From contig OX597816.1 in NCBI GenBank assembly GCA_951406725.2, positions 168,764,001 through 168,828,000 on the forward strand: 64,000 nt of DNA, read 5' to 3'. The notes below the pieces were generated by a model. The model was not told the DNA's origin and searched no databases. It saw only the letters and a program-made list of their open reading frames with translations. Position 1 is the stretch's first letter, and each line of letters opens with the position of its first letter. The stretch comes from Octopus vulgaris. Taxonomy: Eukaryota. Position numbers and translations under genes: made by a program. Below, piece after piece: positions 36,919 to 50,345 of the stretch.

Positions 36919-38570
36919 CTAGCAGTATAGTCCAGCGTTGGCCAGGATTAAGTTAGGATTATTAAGCTAATCAAGTGCTTTGTTTCAAACCAAACTAAGT
37001 AACACCAACGTCTAATTTGAGTGAAATCCATTGAAATTGGTAAACATTTGGTTGAAAATAGGTTGCAGACAATTTGATTGGGAAATCCATAGGAATCGTT
37101 TTATCGATTTTTTCCAATCATCAATTGTTTGTGTTTGTTTTTTTTTTGGAAAATTTAAAACATTCAAAGCTCCCACAAGTCCTAAGTAATGCCGGCATCA
37201 AGTTTGAACAAAATACATCAAAACTGGTAAAAGTTATGGTTGAAAATGGGGTGTAGCAATTTTTGTGGGAAATCCTATAAGGAATCAGTTTATCAATTTT
37301 TTATCCTGATTAAATAGAAAACCCCATAAGGAATCAGTTTATTGATTTTTCACCTCAAATAGGACTTAACCGAACACAACATTGCTGATTCAAAAACATC
37401 TATATTTATACTTTAAAGTTGGTTTTCATACCCATCCCATTTCTGCAGAATCAGTGTCATGATGGGAAAGCATGGGTTGGGAGTTTGACGGGCAGAGGTG
37501 ATCAGGTTGTTCATACCGGCCTTTTCAAACCCCACCCCCATCATCTGACTCCCCTCGGACCATGGGCTGGGAGCCCTTCCGGCAAGGAAAATAGAACGCC
37601 CAAAAGAGCTCCTGATCCTCCATGTCAGAAGAGGTTATCTTCAGATTACAACTAAGCCTTAACCTAAGCCTAAGCTAAATTAGCGAAAGGGGGCTCAAGA
37701 GCCTCTAAAAGGCAGTGACTAATCCCGATCTAGTCCTAACCCCTCCTAGGGGTACTATCGATCAAAGCTGCATCGGAGATATGCATTAGAGAAGGTTGCA
37801 TCGAAGATGTGCATTGGAGAAGGTTGCATCAAAGATGTGCATTGGAGAAGGTTGCATTGAAGGTTTGCATTGGATAAGGATGCATCAAAGGTTTGCATTG
37901 TAGATCTGCAGTGAAGAAGGTTGATTCGAAGGTTTGCATTGGGGATCCAGATTAGAGTAACTTAGCAAAACTTACCAACAGCCTTAACAAAAAAATAAGG
38001 GGCCTGGCCCTTCTAGCCTAACTCTATGAGCAACTTGGCCAAGCACTGATATCGGCCAAGTGAGCATTATTGTCGGAGAAGTCAGCATTGTCCAATAAAG
38101 AAGAGGAAGAGTCCATGAGTCATGCTGCCATGGTTTGAGACTATGTCCGGCCAATGCTTCTGGATCACCCGTTTATAATGATATCGGCTGCAATGATGAC
38201 TTGTTCTTCTTTCTACGTCTATAAAACTTCGCTATAGACAACATTGCGTGTTCTGCCTTGTGGAGCAATACACAAAAGGAGTGTTTTTACTTCCCACACA
38301 GGAGCAGGCCACATAAAGTTGCCCATGTGAAAAGCACGGCTCCCCCAAATGAATGACTGCTACCAATAGTGTTTGGCTCTGAGATTTGTTGATGGACATG
38401 GTGATCTGCGGATGTTAAACAGCATGTCTGACCCCGAGGGATAAAGGTGCATCCTTGAAATAAAAACATTTCCCCCTCCTCCCATACCACGTAACAATGG
38501 TGGCCTCAATATAGTGGGGTGTCAGGGACTTGACTACCAAGCAGGTCCCATTGCACTGTTTAGGCAGATA
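36919..38570 (-). mobile_element. 3' part of a second Helitron (helicase C-terminus, 28-bp minisatellite, CTAG end)
   Basis: CNGTCLVVKSLTPHYIEATIVT and MSINKSQSQTL...PCFSHGQLYVACSCVG at about 38285-38555; hairpin remnant and CTAG|T at 36919. Continuity across the middle is inferred. Confidence 0.7.
37768..37945. repeat. 28-bp minisatellite, about 6 degenerate copies
   Basis: Unit GCATCGAAGATGTGCATTGGAGAAGGTT. Confidence 0.85.
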
Positions 38571-39346
38571 AAGTGTGTACTCTTTATCTTATTTGAATTG
38601 TTATTTTGAGTGGCAGGAGATAAGTTTCAGTGAACTTGAATAGCATTATTTACATTATTTACAATGAGTAGATATTTGTCTTCATCTTGTTGGTTGTTAA
38701 CACGTTTTGGCTGATATACTCTCCAGCCTTCATCAGGAATTTCGAACCTGGGTTCTTATTTCTAAGGTATTTTTCGATGTTGCTGTTGTTGTTATTGTTA
38801 TTATTGTTATTATTATTATTATTATTATTCATGACACTGCCTGGAATCTAACTCGGAATTTTGTGGTTAGTAGCCCGCGGTCTTAACCACTATGCTATAT
38901 GCCTGTGGGTATATGGCGTAGTGCTTTAAATCACATAGGAAGAAAAATGGCTACAGCACAAAGTCATCTCTTTGTTTCAACCACCAAGAAAGCAAAAGTA
39001 CATAGAGAGAATTTCATAAACAGAAATGAATAAGAATGTTGTGGCTGAAAATAAAGTCAAATAGAGAATTTAAATATTAAAACAAACAGAAACTAAGAAA
39101 CAAAATGTGCTAGTTGCTGCTGTGGAGGATGATGATGATATGATGAAAGATGAAGCAAGCGAACACCAAATATATAGTGTGTGTGTTTCCATTGGATACA
39201 CTGGCAACATGACCATCCCCAAATACACATCAAGAATCTTGCAAAACGAACAAATAAACTTCCTTTTGAGTTTTGGGCCTCGGGCCAACCAAAGCCTTGG
39301 GAGTGGATTTGGTAGATGGAAACTGAAAGAAGCCCGTCATATATAT

Positions 39347-39387
<41 letters not shown>

Positions 39388-39453
39388 TAAATTAGAGACA
39401 AAACCACTATTAGGCAAATCATACAATGAAAAACTTAAGTTTGGATTTATTCC

Positions 39454-39540
<87 letters not shown>

Positions 39541-40819
39541 AGACGCAATGGCTCAGTGTTTAGGGCAGCGGACTCGCAGTTGTAGGATCGCGGTTTCGAT
39601 TCCCAGACCGGGCGTTGTGAGTGTTTATTGAGCGAAAACACCTAAAGCTCCACAAGGTTCCGACAGGGGGTGGTGGCGATCCCTGCTGTACTCTTTCATC
39701 ACAACTTTCTCTCACTCTTTCTTCTGTTGGCCTGCTCGCTTAACCAGCGGGATGGCGTCACTTGAAGGCTAAAGCAATGCAAAGCGCATTGTGACCAGCG
39801 ATGTGTAACAACATCTGATAGCCTGGTCAGTCACGGTGATCACGGTGATGTGTGTGTGTGTGTTTGTGTGTCCCCCACCAACATTGCTTGACAACCGATG
39901 CTGGTGTGTTTACATCCCCGTAACTTAGCGGTTTGGCAAAAATCCTGGGGTCAATTTGCTCGATAAAGGCGGTGCTCCAGCATGGCCACAGTCAAATGAC
40001 TGAAACAAGTAAAAGAGTCAGTGGTTTTTACATTCTTTTAATTTATCATTTATTTATTTGTTGTCATTCTCTTTTACTTGTTTCAGTCATTTGACTGCGG
40101 CCATGCTGGAGCACCGCCTTTAGTCGAGCAAATTGACCCCGGGACTTATTCTGTTGTAAGCCCAGTACTTATTCTATTGGTCTCTTTTGCCGAACCACTA
40201 AGTGACAGGGACATAAACACACCAGCATCGGTTGTCAAGCAATACTAGGAGGACAAACAAACACACACATACATATATATATACATATATACGACAGGCT
40301 TCTTTCAGTTTCCATCTACCAAATCCACTCACAAGGCATTGGTCGACCCGAGGCTATAGCAGAAGACACTTGCCCAAGATGCCACACAGTGGGACTGAAC
40401 CCGGAACCATGTGGTTGGTTAGCAAGCTACTTATCACACAGCCACTCCTGCGCCTATGTATTATGTATTATTATTTTCTATATATTTTTTTATATGTGTA
40501 TTGGTGTGTATTTTGTGTTTTAATGTTTTGGTTAGAGAATATTATAATAATGAAAGGATTTTGCCTGTTTATTTATTCCAACTACTTTTGATACTCTTTT
40601 AATCTATATGGTCATATATTTGTATTACAGAATATTTTTTAGTTTGTTTTCACATTTTTTTTTGTATTTATTATTTGTCTGCTTTACTGTGCGATGTCTT
40701 TTCACTGCGAACTGCGAAAGATTCAAAACAGTATTCGTGAAATGAAGTCAAACTCTTTGTATCTTCATTTTCCGTTACCTGAAGTCAATTTCAGAGTGGT
40801 TGTACACTGTAAGCACATA

Positions 40820-41370
40820 GCATCATCATCATTGTTCGATCGTGGTCGAGACAATGGAATTTACAATGCTATGCCAGACTTCACGGTCCATCATGGCATT
40901 ACGGAGGTCCTGTTGCTGGATGCCTGTATCCCTGGAGATTACATCAGGGTAGGAGAGTGTGCGCCCTCTGATATTGCGAGTAGATGGCTTCCAGAGGAGA
41001 AGAGTAGAAATTACCTCTTTTTTAGCCCTACAACAATGTCCAGCAAACTGGACTCTCCTACATTTCACAAGAGATGACACAGGTGGTAGTTTCCCATATA
41101 TTTGCATTTTGGTTGGATGGCGCCTCCACAAGAGATTTTGAGCTCTCATAGGGAAGCGAGTGTAGGTTCCATCCAACCGCCTCTCAAGCTTCTTTGATAA
41201 CGTCCAGGTTTCTGAGCCATATAGTAGAATTGGTTCGACTGTGGCTTTGAAGATTTCAAGTTTGAAGTCTCTACTTAGATTTGATGACCAGATCTTATGC
41301 ATGTCATTACAGGGTGACCAGGCCATACCCTTTCTAGTTAGAAAATCTTTTCTAGATGATGATATGTATG
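40820..41370 (-). mobile_element. RTE-like LINE 3' fragment
   Basis: ILLYGSETWTL...RRVQFAGHCCR; same family as 12346-12680. Confidence 0.85.
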
Positions 41371-41879
41371 ACGTAGCAAATACATTCCTTTAATTCTACT
41401 TTTCAAGTAGGTATTATATTGCCACTTTTGAACGTACCAATCATACTTCTCTCCAAAAAAAATAGCTCCCTTCGCTGTTGAATAAAATAAACTCACAAAG
41501 GGGAAGTTTCAACACCTTCCTTCAATTTCCTTACACCATTTATGTGACTGTTTCTTACAAGAAACTTCACTTTCATGTAAAACAACTATATTTTGTAGTC
41601 ATTATCTGTAATCTACTCCCAAAACACTTCAATAGCTCTACTTTGCATCACTTGCAAACTTATATGTTCTATGATCATTAAAGTGCAACGACCTCCACAA
41701 TAACCAGCCTTCAGTTTGGTTTTCTGTTCCTAGGTTAATCGGAAACATAGATTGCAGTGTTATTCATAAACCTTCTCAGTCATTCAATTATTTGGTGGAA
41801 AAAATACCACCAAAGCAACTTAAACCGCCCAAAGGACAGGTGCATTTGCTAGTATATTATAATACATCGCTTGTTCACG

Positions 41880-44800
41880 GTGCGCCCACCCTTTCCCATC
41901 CCCACCACCAATATCGGATACATCTATATTCGCACCATCTACACCAGATATCCCTTCTCTCGCCAGCATTACCTGTGTCTATTCTTCCAACCTTTCCTCC
42001 TCAACGGGCTATTCTCCATGTATTACCTGCACTTCTCTCTCTCTCTCTCATAGGACAAATGCAGCCAGTGCAGCTGCTCATCAACCCACCCATTTAACCA
42101 GTTATCTTATGTTTCATTCTCTTCAGAAATCTGTCACCACCCGTACCAGTTATCAATGTAGGCACACTGAAAGGTAGGTCTAGTGAGATTGTAGAAATGC
42201 TTGAAAGGAGACAGGTTGACGTATGCTGCATACAAGAGGTAAGGTGGAGAGGAGCTTCAGCTAGGGTTCTCACAGGCAAGGCACATAGATATAAAGTCTT
42301 CTGGCAAGGTAACATGGATGGTGTAGGGGGTGTTGGCATACTCCTTGTGGAGAAATGGGTGGATAAGGTCATAGGGTTGTTAGGGTATGCGATAGAGTGC
42401 TTAAGCTCAGGCTAGTCCTGCAGAACAGCATAGCTACAATTATCTCCGCCTATGCCCCACATGTGGGGCTACCAAATGATCAGAAGGACCATTTTTATGA
42501 TACCCTTCTACAGGCTACCTCAAAGAAGAGTGGCAATGACCTCATCGTTGTGGCTGGAGACTTTAATGGGTATGTTGGGTGGGAATCTGATATCTTCACT
42601 GGGGTACATGGTGGCCATGGTATTGGCACCCGAAAAAATGATGGAACTAGGCTAGTGGAATTCTGTGACAAATGTAACCTTTTAATCTGCAACACTAACT
42701 TCAGGAAGCCAGACAGCCACCTTATAACCTATCAGTCAGGGGACTCTGCTAGCCAGATTGATTTTATCCTCACCAGACAGCAGGACGCAGGGTTGCTCTT
42801 AAATACAAAGACCCTCTTGGGTGAAGAATGTACTCCCCAGCATAGGCTAGTCATTAGTTCCTTTAGGCTTGAGGCCAGAAGGATACCAAGAAGCAGACCA
42901 ATACAGAAAAGAAGGATTTGGTCAGAGATTTAGGGACATCCTCATCAAGAAATTTGATGAGAGGGAGGAGCTACAGACGTCTGACATAGAAGGTAGCTGG
43001 AAATTCCTACAGGACAGCTTGCTGAGTGCCACAGACCAAGTCTGCGGATGGTGCAAAGTCCCTTCCAGACCTAGAGTTATGTGGTGGTGGAATAGTATTG
43101 TAGACAAAGCCATTAGAGCAAAGAAACAGGCCTGGAAAGCCTGGAGGAATGGGGTAGCATGGAAATGTACCAGGTAGCCAAAAGGGAGGCTGGGCGGCAG
43201 GTATACATAGCCAAGGGCAAAGCAGAAAAGAAGTTTGCCAATGTCCAGCGACATGAGGACCAAAGAACCGAGGTATTTTGGATTGCAAGACAGTGTGTGA
43301 GAAAATTGTGATGTCACAGGAGAGAAATGCGTCCGCATGGATGATGGTGCACTTTCTTTTAATGTTTCTGAAAAGAAAGAGGCTTGGAGAAGCCATTATG
43401 AGAGACTGCTGAATGTGGAGAATGAATGGGAGGAGGAGAGCCTGCCAAATGTTGACCCAGTAGAGGGATCAGCTATCTGAATAGACAGCTCCCTAATAGA
43501 TAAAGCAATTAAGGGTATGAAGCCAGGAAAAGCCCCCAGCCAATCAGGAATCACTGTTGAGATGCTTAAAACATCTGGTAGTATGGGCTATGGCCTAGTC
43601 ACCCGCATTGCAAACCAGGTAGTTCATGATGGAGTCATATCCAATGACTGGCATAGCAGCACCATAGTCAACTGCTACAAGGGTAAAGGTGATGCTCTAG
43701 ATAGAAATAACTACAGGGGTAGTAAACTGCTGGATCAGGTGATGAAGGTCAGAGAGGGTGATAGCCCATCTCATTAGAGAAAGAGTCCACTTAGATGAGA
43801 TGCAGTTCGGTTTTGTTCCGGGTAGAAGGACCACTGATGCCATATTCCTGGTTCGACAACTGCAGGAGAAATACCTAGCTAAAGATAAACCCATCACCAT
43901 AGCTTTCATGGATTTGAAGAAAGCCTTTGACAGGGTCCCCTGATCCCTTATCTGGTGGGTGATGCAGAAACTGGAGAATGACGAATGGTTAGTAAGGGCT
44001 GTACAGGCCCTATACAGAGAGGCTGTCAGCAAGGTTAGGATTGGCAATGAGTACAGTGAAGAATTCCAGGTTGAAGTAGGTGTCCACCAAGGCTCAGCCC
44101 TCAGTCCCCTTTTATTCCTCATAGTCCTCCAGGCAATAACAGAAGAATTCAAGACGGGTTGCTCCTGGGAGCTCCTCTATGCTGATGACCTGGTCCTCAT
44201 AGCAGAATCACTACCGGAACTAGAAAAGAAATTTCAGGTGTGGAAGCTAGGTTTAGAATCAAAAGGCCTTAGAGTCAATGTAGCAAAGATCAAGGTTATA
44301 GTAAATAGGAAGGTGAATTCATCACGCACCCCCTCAGGTAGGTGGCCCTGCTCGATCTGTAGAAAAGGCGTAGGTAGAATACCAGGGGGAGATACTAGAA
44401 GTAGTTGATAGTTTCTGCTACCTAGGGGACCAAGTCAGTAGTGGAGGTGGATGCTCAGAGAACGTTACTACTAGAATAAGAATTGCCTGGGCAATGTTCA
44501 GACAGCTGCTACCCCTACTGGTGACAAAGGGTCTCTCGCTCAGAGTGAAAGGTAGATTGTACGACGCATGTGTGCGAACTGCCATGCTTCACAGTAGCAT
44601 TGAATGTGGCATGCAAGAGACGTTTAAGCTGGTATGGTCATGTACTACGGATGGATGAGGAGAGATGTGTGAAGAAATGCCACTCTCAAACAGTTGAAGG
44701 AAACCGGGGTAGAGGTAGACTCAGGAAGACATGGGATGAGGTGGTCAAGAATGACCTTCGAACGTTGGGCCTCACAGGGGCAATGACGAAAGACCGAGAC

Positions 44801-45285
44801 CTCTTGAGATATGCTGTGACTGCGAAGACCTGACAAATAACGTGAGTTCATGGCTACTTCCTGCACCAGCTTCACATAGCAGCCCCAGCCCATCCAAAGT
44901 ACCTTGGATCGTAGGGCAACATTGATCGTACATCAACATCAAATAAAAATCAAATGGAAATTGTAGTTGTGATACCTGTGCCATCCGAACGTGGCCAATG
45001 CCAATGCCGCTTTGACTAGCTTCCTTCCATGCTGGTGGCATGTAAAAAGCATCAGCCGATCATGGCTGTTGCCAGCCTCCCCTGGCACCTGTGCCGGCAG
45101 CACATAAAAAGCACCCACTACACTCATGGAGTGGTTGGCATTAGGAAGGGCATCCAGCTGTAGAAACACTGCCAGATCAGACTGGAGCCTGGTGCAGCCT
45201 CCTGGTTTCCCAGACCCCGGTCGAACTGTCCAACCCATGCTAGCATGGAAAACAAACATTAAACGATGATGATGATGATCACCAT
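41880..45285 (+). mobile_element. Near-full-length decayed RTE LINE (APE + RT + 3' tail)
   Basis: APE motifs NVGTL, CCIQEVRW, SAYAP, AGDFNG and SQIDFIL; RT motifs QFGFVPGR, FMDLKKAFDRVP, GVHQGSALSPLLF and LLYADDLV; runs into the (GAT)n-tailed repeat. Contains stops, frameshifts and internal deletions; 5' edge approximate. Confidence 0.9.
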
Positions 45286-45314
45286 CATCAATATATATAT
45301 ATATCACATATATA

Positions 45315-46085
45315 TTGGGTCATCCCATAAATAATGTGATTTTTTTAATACTTATTTTATTTTTCAAATTTAAGCTGAATAAAGTTCATTTTTAATCTAA
45401 AATATATTCTCCTTCATTTTCTACAATGCTTTTCCAGCTATCTAGTAGATTTGTAAGGCCCCTCTTCCAAAGTTCACTTGTCCATGATGAAAAATACTCT
45501 TCTAGTATTATAATGACCTCATCTACAAAATTCATATTTTTTCCATCCAGGTGATTTTGAAGACTGTGGAATAAATGATAATCAGATGGGGCAATGTCTG
45601 GTGAATATGGTGGGTGGGGTATTGTTTCCCATTCAAACTGCTCCAGCCTTTGGCAGGTCATCCTTGCTGTATGAGACTGAGTATTATCCTGATGGAAGAA
45701 CAACTTTTGTCTCAAAACCAAAGATGGTCATTTTTCTTCTTAACCCTTTCATTACTAACCCAGCCAAAACTGGCTCTGGCTCTGTAGTACAAATGTCTTA
45801 TTTCCATAAGTTTTGAATTAAAATCTTTCACCAAACCTTAGTCACAATTTATGTTCCTAACACTAGCTGTATGATAACTTAGTTATTTTACTAAATTCTT
45901 TCTTATATTTGAAAATCATTGAAAGAAACAGAGTATCTCAAAATAAATACAGTAACGGAGGGGTTAAGCCGCTCAAGCTGCTCACAGTAGATCTCCTTAG
46001 TTATTGTTTGGTCTGGTTTTAAAAGTTCAAAGTGGACTAAACCTTTCATGTCCCACCAAACAGATAACAACACCTTACATGGGTG
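45315..46085 (-). mobile_element. Mariner 3' half, interrupted by a TTAA MITE (45740-45967)
   Basis: TIR TA|TTGGGTCATCCCATAAATAATG; FFHQDN and HPPYSPDIAPSDYHLF. Confidence 0.9.
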
Positions 46086-46984
46086 AACACACAGTTGCAA
46101 CTGACATTACCCAACCAGCAGAGCATGCTGACTTCATTTCCTTTTACATGTCCCCTTCAGTCACAGCCCATGTTTCACTGTCGTGTAGCATACTTGTACA
46201 TACACAGACATCATTCATGTTGCCTTTCATCATTTGAAAATCTAGAATGTGTGTAATATACAATTTTGTAACCAGATTTTTGCTGACATTATAACTCAGT
46301 CTGAAAGATTGCATTTATGAAAATTTTCCCAATCAGAAAAGAAACAGTTCAGATTCAGATTCAAATTGAAGCAGAGACCTGTTACAAACCAAATTGAGAT
46401 TTAGGAAAATAGAAAGATATGGCAAATTTATTTGAAAAATATATTCATATATATGTGGAGTGGCTGTGTGGTAAGTAGTTTGTTTACCGACCACATGGTT
46501 CCGGGTTCAGTCCCACTGCATGGCACCTTGGGCAAGTGTCTTCTACTATAGCCTCGGGCCGACCAAAGCCTTGTGAGTGGATTTGGTAGACGGAAACTGA
46601 AAGAAGCCTGTCGTATATATATATATGTGTATGTGTTTGTGTGTCTGTGTTTGTCACCCTAGCATTGCTTGACAACCGATGCTGGTGTGTTTATGTCCCC
46701 GTTACTTAGCGGTTCGGCAAAAGAATAAGTCCCTGGATCGAGTTGCTCGATTAAAGGCGGTGCTCCAGCATGGCCGCAGTCAAATGACTGAAACAAGTAA
46801 AAGAGAAAAAGAGAATATGTCAAGAACAAACATGTATTTCAATGTGATTCAATAGTGGATTCAGTAATTTAAATATAAATGGCATTCTTTGTTTCACAAG
46901 CATGAGGTCCTGGGTTTGATCCAACTGCACAGCACCTAAGGCCAATGTATTCTACTATGGTCTCGTGTCAACCCAAACCTGATA

Positions 46985-47198
46985 CGAACCCGGCTGAAAC
47001 CGCCTCTGGCTCTGTAGTACAAATGTCATATTTTCATAAGTTCTGAATTAAAATCATCCACCAGACCTTAGTCACAATTTATGTTCCTAACACTAGCTTA
47101 ATGATAACTAAGTTATTTTACTAAATTCTTCGTTATATTTAAAATAATTGAAAGAAATACAGAGGATCTCAAAATAAATACAGTAACGAAAGGGTTAA
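46985..47198 (+). mobile_element. TTAA MITE, left end truncated (another partial at about 20920-21043)
   Basis: Same interior as 6249-6477; ends GTAACGAAAGGGTTAA. Confidence 0.75.
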
Positions 47199-47249
47199 AA
47201 TTGCGTGGACAGAAATTGTGTAGAAGCTTATCAGATGATTGACAGTAGC

Positions 47250-48650
47250 TGCAATTCAAATGGACAACCTTGTCACACGCCGCACCCTTCAGATTTTGAT
47301 TGAGGGTAGTTTAAGGAAACAAGTTTCGCTACTTGATCGAATACACAAACCAGTTACTTTTCAGTAAAAGTAAAGGGCTTAACTACAGTTAGGCGCTACC
47401 CACGGATTTTGTTTCCACATTCTCAGAAATGCAGATTTTCTTGATGAAATTTTGCAGGGATCGTGGCTTAGAAATATGTAAGAAGTGTTGAATAATTCTA
47501 TGCTGTATATACTTTCTCATAACTGTCTTTAAAAACGCATATTTTGAACTGACATTTTGCAGAAATATAAATTTTGAGAGTCATAGGTTACGTAATTTTG
47601 ATATTTCAAACGCATAAACCTGAAAAGAATAATGAAAAATGCTAAGCTTTTTCGTAAATTTCATCAATATGATCATAATGTACAACCTCGAAAACGTATT
47701 TCTGATAATTTCATTTAAAGATATACATTTTTGAGGAGACACAATCGGTGAGGCACCAATCTACAGTTATTCCAGCAATATCACAGCCCGACCCCCCCAA
47801 AAAATAATTGCATGCGATAGATTATAAGTTTTGTTAATTAAGCCGCAGTTTAATGTAAAAACGAAATTTGATTTATCAATTAAAAATTTTTTTTTTTTCT
47901 TTTTGTCAAAACTGGATCCAAATTTTGCAAATATAAAAATACAAGAATGGGACCTCCGAAACAAGATAATGTGTGCATGCAAACTGCTAGACATGAAAAC
48001 TACATCTACACAGTGCTTGCTTAAAGAAGGACAAAAATATTTGTGAAAAAGAAAATGACTTCTTGCAAAATATACCTGGAACAGAAAATGGACAAATTAC
48101 TGATAATAAAATATAATCAAACCTTAGAAACAAAGCCGAAACTGGTGATAAATAGTTCTGTTATACGAGCACAGACTTCTGATGTTTATGAAATAAATAA
48201 TCCGGTGAAAAAAACGTTCCTTGCTGTTTTTATGTTTCCTCTAGCAAATTTTTAAGGACGATACAAAATCTCATTCACGTTCAGAAAAAAAAAATCAGTT
48301 ACATGCAAAAATGTTAAAGATAAGAACACACGAAAAAAAAATATAGAAAATGTGATTCTACATACAAATATAAACAGCTTCGATTAAAGTTGTAAAATAC
48401 TTGTACGTATTCTCCTGTAAAGTGACAGCTGCTTTGGAGTACGTGCCTGATCTACTATTACTACTGCTACTAGTATTACTGAGATAATGAGGTAAGCTCA
48501 TTCACGGGAGGATTTCGACTAGTAGCGAACTACAAGTGAATAACAACCCGCGGGAGACAATTATTCGTGAACTGAAAAATGATAAATCTTTAATCTTTAC
48601 GTCTTTAGTCTTAAAGCTTAACTGTTTTAACAGGTTTGTAGTAAACCTCA
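47250..48650. promoter_or_regulatory. Candidate unmethylated promoter region (possible ALDH5A1 TSS and/or divergent gene start)
   Basis: Sequence mostly not recognisable as repeat, with visibly more CpG. Strong plus-strand donor GAG|GTAAGC at 48492. The adjacent SINE (48650-48945) keeps CpGs that its intronic relative at 5080 has lost. Confidence 0.3.
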
Positions 48651-50345
48651 GAGGGCGCGTGGCTTAGTGGTTAGGGCATTCGGCTCATGATCGTAAGGTT
48701 GTGAGTTCGATTCCCGGCGACGCGTTGTGTCCTTGAGCAAGACACTTTATTTCACGTTGCTCCAGTCCACTCAGCTGGCAAAAATGAGTTGTACTTGTAT
48801 TTCAAAGGGTCAGCCTTGTCACTCTCTGTGTCACGCTGATTATCCCCGAGAACTACGTTAAGGGTACACGTGTCTGTGGAATGCTCAGCCATTTGCACGT
48901 TAATTTCACGAGCAAGCTGTTCCGTTGATCGTATCAGCTGGGACCGGCGGAGTCTTTTTTTTTTTTAAAAAAAGTAAACCTCAACAGGCGCAGGAATGGC
49001 TGTGTGGTAAGTAGCTTGTTTACCGACTACATGGTTCCGGGTTCAGTCCCACTGCGTGGCATCTTGGGCAAGTGTCGTCTACTATAGCCTCGGGCCGACG
49101 AAAGCCTTGTGAGTGGATTTGGTAGGCGGAAACTGAAAGAAGCCCGTCGTATATATGTATATATGTGTGTGTGTGCGTGTTTGTCCCCCTGGCATTGCTT
49201 GACAACCGATGCTGGTGTGTTTATGTCCCCATCACTTAGCGGTTCGGCAAAAGAGACCGATAGAATAAGTACTGGGTTTACAAAGAATAAGTCCTGGGGT
49301 CGAGTTGCTCGACTAAAGGCGGTGCTCCAGCATGGCCGCAGTCAGCGCCACCTTGACTAGCTTCCATGCCGGTGGCACGTAAAAAGCACCATCCAAACGT
49401 GGCCGATGCCAGCGCCGCCTTGACTAGCTTCCATGCCGGTGGCATGTAAAAAAACACCAGCCGATCATTTAGGGTGTTTACCCAAAATGTTGATCATAAC
49501 TGGAGGGGAAAATAACTTGTATTTATAAAGCAGAAGCATAGAGATTTACCGTATTGAGTCTTTGGACGTATTGACAGCCCCACCAAATATAACTTGATCA
49601 TTTTCAATTTTTGAAAATTATATCTAAAGTGGGGCAAAATGAGTAATGACTAATTTTAATTTTTTCTTTTTAATTATATGTTCTCAAAGCCTGGAAGACT
49701 GAAGGAGAATAAGGGCTACAGGAAGTCATGTTAATGGACTGGAAATGAAAATGGAAGAGAAAGTATCTATCTCCCCAAAGAGAATAAATTCATCAACTCT
49801 TAACCAATTCAGTCCAATTTCCCAATTAACTGTAGATGGGAAAATATTCCTTGGCATTGTTGTCAGGCAAGTTATGACAATTGTACAGTGCAGAAAGCTG
49901 GGATCCCTGACATACCAGGTTGCATAGAACATGTGGCTATGATCTTGGATGCCATACAGGTAGCAAAAAGAGAGAAAAGCAGCCTAGCACTTGTGTGGTT
50001 TTGATCTGGCAAGTGTTTTGGGGTCATTACCACACAAACTGCTTGAGTATGCTGCATAGCCCACCAGAAATCCACAAACTGATAATGGCCTAATGCAGCA
50101 AGTTCTACATACATTTCACTACAAAGCATGATTCAACACTCTAAGCATGCATTTGTAGATTGAAGAAAAACGATGTAAAGATAGCACTTGCCCTGGTGAT
50201 CAAAGTGACCCTAGTTTTTGTGAGGTTTCCATGAGCAGCCCAAGGAAGTCTCCTCCATTTTGGGGAACTTTTCTGTGCAGGTGGCAAGTAAAGAAACACC
50301 GTTTTGACCCTGTGCTTGAGGAGATCCATTGAGTCAAGGACACCA

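Noticed and set aside
48650-48725. tRNA-like sequences here and at about 8975-9052, 27124-27200 and 39538-39615
   Set aside because: A/B boxes are present but continue directly into SINE bodies and lack a proper acceptor stem; these are SINE heads, not tRNA genes.
49470-50340. Possible coding remnant or DNA transposon
   Set aside because: Short broken frames with no motif or paired termini that I could identify; left unassigned.
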